In this document: piece by piece, positions 10,030-51,625 of the stretch
How positions within the stretch are numbered: the first letter of the stretch is position 1
How the letters are laid out: each line of letters starts with the position of its first letter
Assembly: GCA_049190665.1 (NCBI GenBank)
Contig: CM110852.1
DNA length: 64,000 nucleotides
Source: Lepidogalaxias salamandroides
Lineage: Eukaryota
Direction: 5' to 3' (one strand)
Notes under the pieces: model-generated
What the model was told of the DNA's origin: nothing
Seen by the model: the letters and a program-made list of their open reading frames with translations, nothing else
Databases searched by the model: none
Made by a program: the position numbers and the translations under genes

Positions 10030-10352
10030 GTGTCGGACACGGTGGTGGAGCCGTACAACGCCACCCTCTCCATGCACCAGTTGGTGGAGAACACGGACGA
10101 GACGTTCTGCATCGACAACGAGGCGCTGTACGACATCTGCTTCCGCACGCTCAAGCTGACCACGCCCACCTACGGCGACCTCAACCACCTGGTGTCGGCC
10201 ACCATGAGCGGCGTCACCACCTGCCTCCGCTTCCCCGGGCAGCTCAACGCCGACCTGCGCAAGCTGGCCGTCAACATGGTGCCCTTCCCCCGCCTGCACT
10301 TCTTCATCCCGGGCTTCGCCCCGCTCACGAGCCGCGGGAGCCAGCAGTACAG
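10030..10352 (+). CDS. tubb4b: Beta-tubulin exon 5 ([108 protein letters not shown])
   Basis: Acceptor ccctccag|GTG, donor TACAG|gtggga. The protein is continuous with exon 4. Confidence 0.9.
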
Positions 10353-10359
10353 GTGGGAC

Positions 10360-11430
<1,071 letters not shown>

Positions 11431-11595
11431 TAAACGTTGTGTGTCCCTGTGTTGTGCTGTTGAGAAACTAGTGAAATGATACCTGGAAAGGGCTGGGCAC
11501 AAACGGTCGCTTAGCAACCACGACACTAACGGCAGCTGCTAAGCTGATTTTGCTTCGTTTGGGGGCGGGGCTTTTCAGATGACGGGCTGTAGTAG

Positions 11596-11766
<171 letters not shown>

Positions 11767-12002
11767 AGACCCTGTCGTTTCTGTCCTGCTGGCCTCCAAA
11801 GTCATTTCCATTTTGTTTTGTTGGATTTTATTGGATTTTAAACTACCTGAATGAAATGTTTAACCCCCTCCTTGTTTCAATCTTTCAATGTTTAGACATG
11901 TCTGCTTTGCATTGTTCTGTGTTTGACACTATCTGCATAGTTTGTAATGATAATAATAATAATAATAATTTGGTTGTATATGTTTGGAGATGAGGTTCTG
12001 GA

Positions 12003-14203
12003 ACTGAATGATTAATAAGCTATAAGGATGTTCAAATAAACCTTGTTAAAATACTTGTGAGAGTGTGGGAGTCAGTCGTTGGACTCGGGGGGGCTGGGTG
12101 AGGCTGCACACCTGTGGGCCAATCTGCAATCAGGCCCACAGGCTTAAACCAGCCACCTCCACACACACTCGAGGCTGAGCCCTGTCCGGATAGTACGTAC
12201 CACCTGCTCACTCATTCAACATTCATTTGGGCAATAAACCGGTTTCAACATCGCCCTGAGTCCTGTCGTCAGGGAGAGGCCCTGTAGCCACCATGTGCCT
12301 GTTCATTTGGTGGCTGTGGCAAGGGGTACGTCACAATACTGTTGATCTTTTCAGACTTTATACCTCAAATGGCCGTCAAACTGGTGCATAATCAATGGGT
12401 GTGATCTTATAGGCCCAGGGGTTCAAACGTGATCCGGTCACATTCTGGCTATTGGATTAAATCCTGAAACTGGATCAGGTCATCAAATCCTAGCTGTAAT
12501 CTGGATCAAATCTTCAAAATGCATAGTTCAAATGTACAACATTATATATAATATAATTAATTATAAAAGAAATCTGAATATAAATAAGATGTCATAAGTG
12601 TCTTCACAAAATTAATAAACACAACATTGATCACTCATTAATCAAACATGACCACTTGTCCATCTGTAACCCACATTCAACTTGTCAAAAGTCGTTTTTA
12701 ATTGACTTCTTAAATGGCGTTAAATGTGTATAATGCCACAGTATTCCTGATGTTGTTCTGTACATCCAGCAGGTGGCGCTATGTGGGCTTATGGACAGCC
12801 CGACCCGAACATGCATCACTGCAAACACACTCGTCTATAATACTCATCTATATCCCATGTCTTTTGAACCCTTAAACATCTTCCCGTCGTGTGGTGGTTC
12901 AGTATAGCATGCGTACAATAGTGTTGCAGGGTTCCTAACTTTAAAAACTCTATTTGACTCTTGCTGTGAACCCAGTATGGTGAATGTGTGCACAAACTTA
13001 AACGAACAGTGTTCTCCTGCTGCACATCTGGAAAGGTTGCGTCACTGAGCAGGGCTCTGGGAACCGGACCAGAGCCCTGCTGCCAGGGTTGGGCCCAGCA
13101 GGGGGGGTCTTATGTAAGGAGAAGCTCTTCAGTCTGCCGGGGTTCTGCGTGGTTATATACATGCTGGAAAACCCATCCCTATGTTAATGGGATGGGTTCT
13201 GCATGGTTCTATACATACTGTAGTAGAACCCATCCCTATTTTAATGGGATGGGTTCTACGTGGTTCTATACATGCTGGAGAGCCCATCGCTATTTTAATG
13301 GGATGGGTCCTACAGGGTTCTATACATGCTGGAAAACCCATCCCTATTTTAATATGATGGGTTCTGCATGGTTCTATACATGCTGTAGTAGAACCCATCC
13401 CTATTTTAATGTGATGGGTTCTGCATGGTTCTATACATGCTGTAGTAGAACCCATCCCTATTTTAATGGGATGGGTTCTGCATGGTTCTATACATGCTGT
13501 AGTAGAACCCATCCCTATTTTAATGGGATGGGATGGATGACTGGACTTTTGCATACTTGCTTACTTACATAACGTAGGAAATGGTGTTGTTAAGGTAATA
13601 CGCAGGTACAAGGTATGGTTGGTGTGAAGGCTGGACCCTCCTGCATGAATTGGTGATTTAATCCTTCATTCAGTTTGTAAGTGATGCAGGTGGGAAATAA
13701 TCCAAATGCCTTTGGAATGATGGGCTGATAGGCAGACAAATGAAAGAGAGGACTGGACTAATTGATCATATTTAATTGGCCTATAAGTTACTCACTTATA
13801 GGCAGTGGTAGACAGTAACAAAGTACATTTACTTGAGTACTGTACTTAAGTACATTTTATTTATATTGTACTTTAGACTCCACTACATTTGCGCCGGATA
13901 AGCGCGTGACACAGGCGGACGCGCCCAGCCTCACGTAAACAAACCGAGCAGTCGGGACAGCAGGTTGATAATAATGATAAATGCATGCTCCCTGCATGTT
14001 CAAAGAATTGCTACAAGACATCGGAGAGTCTCAGTATTCTCTGGTAATCGACCAAAGCACCGACGTGGCCGCAGTAAAACAGTTGTGTGCTGTAGTACGT
14101 TACTTTAGCGTCTCATTGAACAAGATTGTTTCAACTTTTTTGGGCTCAGTCGATATGCAGTATAGGCCTACTCATTCTCTCTCTCTCACTCTAACCCCCC
14201 CCC

Positions 14204-14245
<42 letters not shown>

Positions 14246-17200
14246 ATGTAACTCAACAAATGTAACTCGTATTAATTATGTTTATCTATATTTGTTTCCA
14301 TCTTTTGCTGGCAGGGAAAGAGGAGAAGCAAGAGATGCTGACAGTACTACAACTGACAGAGACAGACACCAAGAGACAACAGAGACAGACAGGGCGCCTG
14401 GCCAATCATAGCGCTTAAGGGCGGGGCTTGTCCAGAAGCGCGGCGCAATCCATAATAACGCGGGACGGATCCTGGCGAAATGGCGGCTCGCCCATAATGC
14501 AACGCGGTGAAAGTCAGCTTCTGAAGCGCGATAACAACTTAACGTCAATGTTTTTGAATTCAATAAAACCTAGAGGGCTTATTTAGTTGTTGGAGTTAGA
14601 CAGCTGGACCCTCCTGCATGAATTGGTGATTTAATCCTTCATTCAAAAATAAATGCCACGAATATACAGTTTGTAAGTGATTATGCATATCGTGTGAATT
14701 AAATGATCATGTATGGCATAATCACATCCATCAAATTGCCAGGGATGGGAAGTAACGAAGTACAAGTACTTTGTTACAGTACTAAATCGATTTTTCAGTA
14801 CTTTTGTACTTTTTGGAGTACTTATTTTTCGGACTACTTTGTACTTTTACGAAGTACATTTGAACACAAATACTGGTAGTTTCTACTCGTTACATTTTCA
14901 AAACAAAACAAAAAAGTCAAAAGTAAGCGGCCACGTGACAGACCCAACGTTCTATTGACTGGTCTCCACGCGACTCGCAGCGGAATTGCACGAACTTGAA
15001 CGACAGACGAGACGAACAAGAAAAGTTAAAACACGACGCACTTGGATTTTGTACGATTTTTTAACTACGGCAAGCGACTGGAAATCTCCCGTCATCATGA
15101 ACCTGGTGAGATTCAGCATTTTCTGTCGGCAAATATCGTGTTTTTACAAAAAAATGCCGTTTCTGATGTTTGTTTTTGAGTCGCACCAATCATGATACGC
15201 TTTGTGAGTTCATGCTTGTTTAACGAAATATATCAACTACGAAATTAAAATGTGTGGTCTAAAGAGATCCAGGAGAGGGCGCTGTGGCGCAGGTTAAACA
15301 CGTTTGCTTTCTGTAAACATGTTCAACAATCCCAAAGCAGACGTGTACGCCTGTAATGAAGATTGTAATATGAAAGGCCCTCTTTGCCTTCACATTTATT
15401 TCATGTAGAATGTGACTTTGAATGATTGGTTTTTAATACAAGTAACCTATTAAACGGTAATGAAATGCCACCCATGGTTAATTCTGTAACACACCTGATC
15501 TCTAACCATGAATACATGAGAGAATAAAATGCTTTGGAGTTGGTCTTGAGTGCCCTCTCTTGGTATCCCACACAGGAGTGTGTGCCCCTGCCACCCTGCA
15601 CCACAGACGGCCCTGATGCTGGCTCCCCTGGTCCCAGCCAGCCCTCCTCGCCCTCCCTCCCCCTGGTTCAGGGCCACGTAGACCCGCTCCTCCACGCTCC
15701 CTCCGCGCCTACACCGGCTACTCCCGGGAGAGTTTCCAGAAGGAAGCGGGTTCGGACCTTGCGTTTCCGGGACCCGGGCGATGAGCCGAGCACCGGCATC
15801 TCTGCCGTGCCTCCGATCTCGCGGCCGGCCGGCCCTCAGGGAGGCGGAGAGGAGGGGTCCTGGAGCCCTTCTGACCCCTTCTTTTCCCAGCTGGAGGACT
15901 CCTCTCTGGCAGCTGAGGTACAGTATAAGGTCCACCTAATAGCTGGCTGCTGTTCCTTCCTGCTGCTTGGGTTCCTATAGCGTTGACCCGTCCGCCCCCT
16001 CTGTCGTCCTTTCTGTGTGTCTCTCTCTGTCTGTCAGACTCAGGAGAGGAGGCTGAGGGAGATGGTGCAGGAGCAGCGTCTGGCTGCCCTGAAGGAGCAG
16101 CATCTGGCTGCCCTGGAGGAGCCGCTGGAGGAACGCTACCTCCGCAACGCTGCCGTCTTGCCGGACTGGCGCCCCCGCCGGGCCTCCTCCCCGGCCCCAC
16201 GCGACTCGGGGTCTGGGGTCTCGCCGGCTGCGGAGGAGCCCCTGAGGATCCACGGCCTCGCGGTGGAGGAGTACCAGAGCCTCTACCACTCCGTGGTGGA
16301 CCCCCTGCTGGTCACCGCCACCGGCAAGCCCCGCCAGTACTCCCTGGAGCTGGGCCGCAAGATCAAGGAGCAGCTGTTCCGGGCTCTCTACTGCCCCGGG
16401 GACCGGTCAGGGGCCGTGAGCATCCCGCAGTTTGACCTGGACGTCAGCGGTGAGCCTAGTTGCTCGCCACCCGCCGCGAAGAGGCACCGGTGCTGAGCTC
16501 CGCCTGAGGTACAGAATGAGGTCCACCTAATAGCTGGCTGCAGTTCTTTCCTGCTGCTTCCGTTCCTATAGCGTTGACCCGTCCATGCCTCTGTCATCCC
16601 TTCTGTGTGTGTCTCTCGCTCTGTCAGGCTCAGGAGAGGAGGAGGAGGGAGGTGGAGCAGCGTCTGGCTGTCCTACCGGAGCAGCGTCTGGCTGCCCTGC
16701 AGGAGGAGTGTCTGGCTGTCCTGCAGGAGCAGCGTCTGGCTGCCCTGCAGGAGGAGTGTCTGGCTGTCCTACAGGAGCAGCGTCTGGCTGCCCTGCAGGA
16801 GGAGTGTCTGGCTGTCCTACAGGAGCAGCGTCTGGCTGCCCTGCAGGAGGAGTGTCTGGCTGCCCTGCAGGAGGAGTGTCTGGCTGCCCTGCAGGAGGAG
16901 TGTCTGGCTGCCCTGCAGGAGGAGTGTCTGGCTGCCCTGCAGGAGGAGTGTCTGGCTGTCCTGCAGTAGGAGCGTCTGGCTTCCCTGGAGAAGAGCTACC
17001 TCCACAACACCGCTGTCTTGGCCGAGGTGCCGGTGCTGAGCTCCGCCTGAGGTACAGTATAAGGTTCACCTAATAGCTGGCTGCAGTTCTTTCCTGCTGC
17101 TTCCGTTCCTATAGCGTTGACCCGTCCACGCCTCTGTCATCCCTTCCGTGTGTGTCTCTCTATCTCTGTCAGGCTCAGGAGAGGAGGTGGAGGGAGGTGG

Positions 17201-18300
17201 TGCAGGAGCAGCATCTGGTTTTCCTACAGGAGGAGTGTCTGGCTGCCCTGGAGAAACGCTACCTCTGCAACACCGATGTCTTGACGGAGCTGAATTGAAA
17301 TAAGGGGAGTCAGGCGACCAGTTTGTCAAAGAAAAGCATATTTATTGGTAAAGTGCGGGGAGCGGGGGTGGGGGTGTAAGGCAACTCAAATCCTTCCCGT
17401 CTGGGGTCTGGCTTCATCCGGCCTAGGGAGAGAGGGCAGAGGAGAGCGGGTAGGGTTAGTGGGGGCGGCTAGGCCCGACTCTCAGACCTCCGAGCATTGG
17501 GCCTTGGCAATTAGCCTAATGCCGCTCACCTGTTGCTGCTTGCTCAGGCAGTGAACAGGTAATTAGGGACGTACTTGCCCTCAATTAGCTTCCCCAATAG
17601 CCTGCGTTGGGGGAAGGGTCTCTGACCGTGCTGCTGAAGGGGCCTCTGATGCCTACCCCCCCTCTGCCAGGGGCACTGGGGTGCCACACCCCTAAAAACC
17701 AAACAAAAAGCAATATAAAAATACACAAAAACCTAAAAAAAAGAATGATTTATTGTCAAATTGAATTTTGTGTTTTTAACAGTATAGTCGTTAAGCTTGT
17801 TTTACAGTGGACTGGCCAGGTCTGTGTTTCTTGTCTTCAGGTTGGCTGATCCATAATTTACCGAGGAGGAGAAGATGGATGGAGACAAAGAGAGACAAAG
17901 AGGGAGAGATGCACAGCGATACAAGGAGAGCCCAAGACAGATGGAGATGAAGACAGCCTCAGGAGGAGAGAGATCAAGAGAAAGAGCTTCTCTAAGGTAC
18001 ACATTTGAAACACTGCTAAAGTAAGTAAAATAAGCTGCACACTGTTGTCTACTGTTGTGACAGTGCATGCTCAGTTCCTTCTCTCCCTCCATCAGGCTCA
18101 GGAGAGGAAGAGGAGCAGGGTGGAGCAAGAGGAGAACCAAGAACACAGCCGCACCCCACCACCTGATGCTTCTGCTGCCGCCAGATGACCGCCACATCAT
18201 GACCGGCCCAGAACACCACCGCCTCTCATTCATTTACACCCGTCTCTGTGTCCAATAAAGTCACACACATTGGCACACATTTCTGATTGTTGGATATTTT
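12003..18300. repeat. Segmental duplication, copy 2 of the ~6 kb block
   Basis: Same content and order as 1..5990. Differences are: one fewer unit in the hairpin minisatellite; a 3-bp indel near 15003; more 48-bp coding repeats at 16680-16960; a ~400 bp unique insert at 17300-17700; and divergent last modules. Confidence 0.9.
15097..18258 (+). CDS. Paralogous copy 2 of the coiled-coil gene (gene-level span)
   Basis: ATG at 15097; exon A 15576..15917; module B 16038..16496; module C from 16628 with ~9 48-bp repeats and an in-frame TAG at 16967-16969; a divergent module D at about 17160-17300; and terminal exons ending at AATAAA near 18250. Confidence 0.4.
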
Positions 18301-19007
18301 TTACGTTGATTTGGCACTGTGCAGTACACTACACGTTTATTTTATTAAAACTAATTAAACTGTTTAGTGACAGTTCTGAATGACTAGACTCTGGGGCTGG
18401 GTGAGGCTGCACACCTGTGGGGCAACAGTAATCAAGGCCCACAGGTTAAACCAGCCACCTTCACACACTCAGGACTGAGCCCTGACGTCAGTTTCTACCA
18501 TCTGCTCAACAAACAACTCATTGTACATCTCAGCAATAAACCGCATTCAACATGGCCCTGTGTCATGTCGTCTTGGAGAGGCCCTGCAGCAGCCGTTTTC
18601 AGCTTCGGTGGCAGTAGCTAGGACTACGCTACAAAGGGTTATTAAACTTAAGCACATTCTTAAAACATGTTCCTTGTTTTCCTGAGAGAAATGTTTATTG
18701 TACATTGACATTTACAACTCAAAAAAATGAATTGGCAGAAAATGTGTCATTTTTATTACATTTAGCTTACTCAATCACAAGGAAACAATTGCATTGTGAA
18801 AACCTCATTCAAAACCATTGATGAACAATTAAAAACAATCATCACCATTACCCATCTATCTGATACACAACCAACTTAAGTCACATAACCACAACCAGAA
18901 AAACTAGTGGAAAAGAACCCCTTCATACAAAGGAACAAGGTCACCAATACACATACAGCCCACTGCAAACACTGACACAACTCCACATGCACAGCATAGC
19001 ACACCGC

Positions 19008-19475
19008 GGCCCTGTTTACATGAGAGAAATATTTACAACCGTTATTTAATCTAGATTTAGAAAGGGCACAACACACTCACAATCTTCTCAGCCTGTATAG
19101 ACGAAGGGGTAGTTTGCGAGAGATCCCCACTTGATAGGAAAGATTTCGGGTTTCCACAATAATCTCAGAGAATGCGTACAAGTGTGCTAGTTTACATTAT
19201 TTTGGATAATGTTGAGTCATGTTTAATTACAAGGGCTATGAATTGTAAAAAAAAAAAAGTAGGCACCGCATGGTTTAATGTTTAAGTTTTGGATGTTTTA
19301 GAGAAATTTGCATATGATACCCCCCCTTCTAGTGGTTTTGAAAACGGTTGTCTACATCTAGTGTACAACCATTCCCATCTGTTTAGACAGAAAACATGTC
19401 TTTGCATTGCGATCTCACAACCGTTTTGAAATCGGGTTTTGAAGAGAGATTCACAATGCTCGTGTAAACAGGGCC
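19008..19475. mobile_element. MITE-like element with perfect 13-bp TIRs (GGCCCTGTTTACA / TGTAAACAGGGCC)
   Basis: The inverted terminal repeats were read directly from the sequence. The ~468 bp non-coding interior has a subterminal caaccgtt near both ends. It lies in the PARP4 3' UTR or downstream region. Confidence 0.55.
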
Positions 19476-19498
19476 TGTGACGACAGGCATTATGAATC

Positions 19499-48335
<28,837 letters not shown>

Positions 48336-48337
48336 GC

Positions 48338-48487
<150 letters not shown>

Positions 48488-49339
48488 AGAGGTGAGATAA
48501 AGGAAGTGAAAAACCTACCTAAAAACCTACACACACACAAAAAAAACCTACACACTAAAAAAACCTACCTAAAACCTGTGTAAAGCCTACGAGTTGCACA
48601 TAGACCAGTTTCATTATAGAAAACGGGATAATTGTTTTTAATGATAACAGCCTACCTGATCTTTAATCCAGGTAGATTACTTTCATAAAGTAAAGAAACA
48701 CTTGATATTAAATATTTTCGTCTGACAAGTTAAAGTCAATAGTCTAAGTTATAGCTCTATGTACACTCATATAGCTTACTTTACCTTCTTTATTTCCCTA
48801 GATGAGATGTCTTCCAGGGAAAAAGAAAGAAAAGGTTGACAGCAGTCCAGAAACGCTGATTTCCTGGTTGACAGCAGTCCAGACACGCCCCCCTCTTGAT
48901 TGACAGCAGTCCAGACACGCCCCCTCGTCACACAGCAGGAGCTGCTGCCAGAGCCATAGAAAGACAGAGTTGCGTCAATGGAGGGTCCAAAATGATATTC
49001 TTAATGGCCCCACGACCAAGGTCGGTGGAATTTGCTTTCAGTACAACGTGGACAACGTGTCATTGACAAATAGACAAATAACACAGACAGCAACACATGA
49101 CAGGTACAGCAGACGCACAAGGTGAGGACCATAGACAATATTTACATGATTAACACAGAGGTATTTAGATTAAAGTGCAGGTGCGTCGGGATTAGTGCAA
49201 AGAGTTCAGAGTTCTTATGGCGGTGGGGAAAAAGCTGTTTTTGAAGCAGGATGTTCTGGTGGACAGGGATCTGTAGGCCTCCTAGATTATTTTTTTATTT
49301 ATTTTTTGTGCCCTTTGATTGTGTGTTGTATGTATATAT

Positions 49340-50520
49340 ATTAGGGCTGTCAGTTAAACGCGTTATTAACGGCGATAACGCAAACCCATTTTAACGGCGT
49401 CAATTTTTTTGACGCCGTTAAAAAAAAATGGATACGCCCCCCCCCCCCGTCAACAATCGCTAGCGGGGATATACGCGCCACCCCCCCCCCCCCGTCAACA
49501 ATCGCTAGCGGGGATATACGCGCCACCCCCCCCCCCCTGTCAACAATCGCTAGCGGGGATATACGCGCCAGCACCCCCCCCCCCCCCCCCGTCAACAATC
49601 GCTAGCGGGGATATACGCGCCACCCCCCCCCCTCCCCCCCGTCAACAATCGCTAGCGGGGATATACGCGCCACCCCCCCCCCCTCCCCCCGTCAACAATC
49701 GCTAGCGGGGATATACGCGCCCCCCCCCCCCCCCCCCCCGTCAACAATCGCTAGCGGGGATATACGCGCCACCCCCCCCCCCCCCGTCAACAATCGCTAG
49801 CGGGGATATACGCGCCACCCCCCCCCCCCCCCCGTCAAGAATCGCTAGCGGGGATATACGCGCCACCCCCCCCCCCTCCCCCCCGTCAACAATCGCTAGC
49901 GGGGATATACGCGCCACCCCCCCCCCCCTCCCCCCCGTCAACAATCGCTAGCGGGGATATACGCGCCACCCCCCCCCCCTCCCCCCGTCAACAATCGCTA
50001 GCGGGGATATACGCGCCCCCCCCCCCCCCCCCCGTCAACAATCGCTAGCGGGGATATACGCGCCACCCCCCCCCCCCCGTCAACAATCGCTAGCGGGGAT
50101 ATACGCGCCACCCCCCCCCCCCGTCAAGAATCGCTAGCGGGGATATACGCGCCACCCCCCCCCCCTCCCCCCCGTCAACAATCGCTAGCGGGGATATACG
50201 CGCCACCCCCCCCCCCCTCCCCCCCGTCAACAATCGCTAGCGGGGATATACGCGCCACCCCCCCCCCTCCCCCCCGTCAACAATCGCTAGCGGGGATATA
50301 CGCGCCAGCACCCCCCCCCCCCGTCAACAATCGCTAGCGGGGATATACGCGCCAGCACCCCCCCCCCCCCCCCCGGCAACAATCGCTAGCGGGGATATAC
50401 GCGCCCCCCCCCCCCCCCCGCCAACAATCAACAATCGCTAGCGGGGATATACGCGCACGTTAACTATGACATTATGTGATTAATCATGATTAAATATTTT
50501 AATCGATTGACAGCTCTAAT
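49340..50520. mobile_element. Non-autonomous TIR element (1181 bp) carrying an internal ~44-50 bp minisatellite with variable-length poly-C tracts
   Basis: Terminal inverted repeats ATTAGGGCTGTCA (49340) and TGACAGCTCTAAT (50520). Subterminal TTAACG/CGTTAA motifs and an internal palindrome taacggcgtcaa-ttttttt-ttgacgccgtta. The interior holds ~22 tandem units of gtcaacaatcgctagcggggatatacgcgcca(C)10-22. Flanked by (TA)n on both sides. No ORF. Confidence 0.65.
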
Positions 50521-50529
50521 ATATATATA

Positions 50530-51571
50530 TCTACCGGGCCCGTTGTCGGCACAAAGTCAAACACGTTCCCAGTGGGTGTTGGACTCCGCCAAGGCTGCCC
50601 TTTGTCACCGGTCCTGTTTGTGGTATTCATGGACAGGATCTCTAGGCGCAGCCGAGGTGAGGAGAGTGTCCGGTTCGGTGACCTCAGAATTGCGTCTCTG
50701 CTTTTTGCGGATGACGTGGTTCTGCTGGCTTCATCGGACCGTGACCTTCAGCACGCACTGGGGCGGTTTGCAGCCGAGTGTGAAGCGGCCGGGATGAGGG
50801 TCAGCACCTCCAAGTCTGACGCCATGGTTCTCTGCCGGAAAACGGTGGGTTGCTCCCTCCAGGTTGGGAATGAGTCCCTGCCCCAAGCGAAGGAGTTCAA
50901 GTATCTCGGGGTCTTGTTCACGAGTGAGGGTAAAATGGAGCGTGAGATCGACAGGCGGATCGGTGCAGCGTCAGCAGTAATGCGGGCGCTGTACCGGACC
51001 GTCGTGGTGAAGAGGGAGCTGAGCCGGAAGGCGAAGCTCTCGATTTACCAGTCGGTCTACGCTCCTACCCTCACCTATGGTCATGAGCTCTGGGTAGTGA
51101 CCGAAAGAACAAGATTGCGGATACAAGCGGCCGAAATGAGCTTCCTCCGTAGGGTGGCTGGGCTCAGCCTTAGGGATAGGGTGAGGAGCTCAGCCTTAGG
51201 GATAGGGTGAGGAGCTCAGCCTTAGGGATAGGGTGAGGAGCTCAGACATCAGGAGGGAGCTCAGAGTAGAGCCGTTGCTCCTTTGCGTCGAAAGGAGCCA
51301 GCTGAGGTGGTTCGGGCATCTGATCAGGATGCCCCCCGGACGCCTCCCTTTGGAGGTTTTCCGAGCACGTCCAACTGGGAGGAGACCACGAGGTAGACCC
51401 AGGACCCGCTGGAGGGATTATATATCCCTCCTGGCCTGGGAACGCCTCGGGATCCCCCAGGAGGAGCTGGAAAGCGTCGCTGGGGAGAAGGACGTCTGGA
51501 ATAGCCTGCTCAGCCTACTGCCCCCGCGACCCGACTCGGATAAGCGGTGGACAATGGATGGATGGATGGAT

Positions 51572-51625
<54 letters not shown>
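50530..51625 (+). mobile_element. 5'-truncated L2-clade LINE: RT C-terminal half plus 3' tail with (GGAT)n(AT)n
   Basis: ORF 50572..51210 contains the RT motifs GLRQGCPLSPVLF and LLFADDVVLL (YXDD-type box). ORF 51233.. contains RWFGHLIRMPPGRLP..RPRGRPRTRWRDY, typical of the L2/CR1-type ORF2 C-terminus. It ends in ggatggatggatggatggat(at)n at 51555-51625. An internal 26-bp triplication lies at 51160-51240. Confidence 0.8.

Noticed and set aside
49409-50450. Repeat-spacer-like periodic array, considered as a possible CRISPR array
   Set aside because: Eukaryotic context. The 'spacers' are only variable-length C homopolymers, the units are flanked by TIRs, and there are no cas genes. It is a transposon-borne minisatellite.
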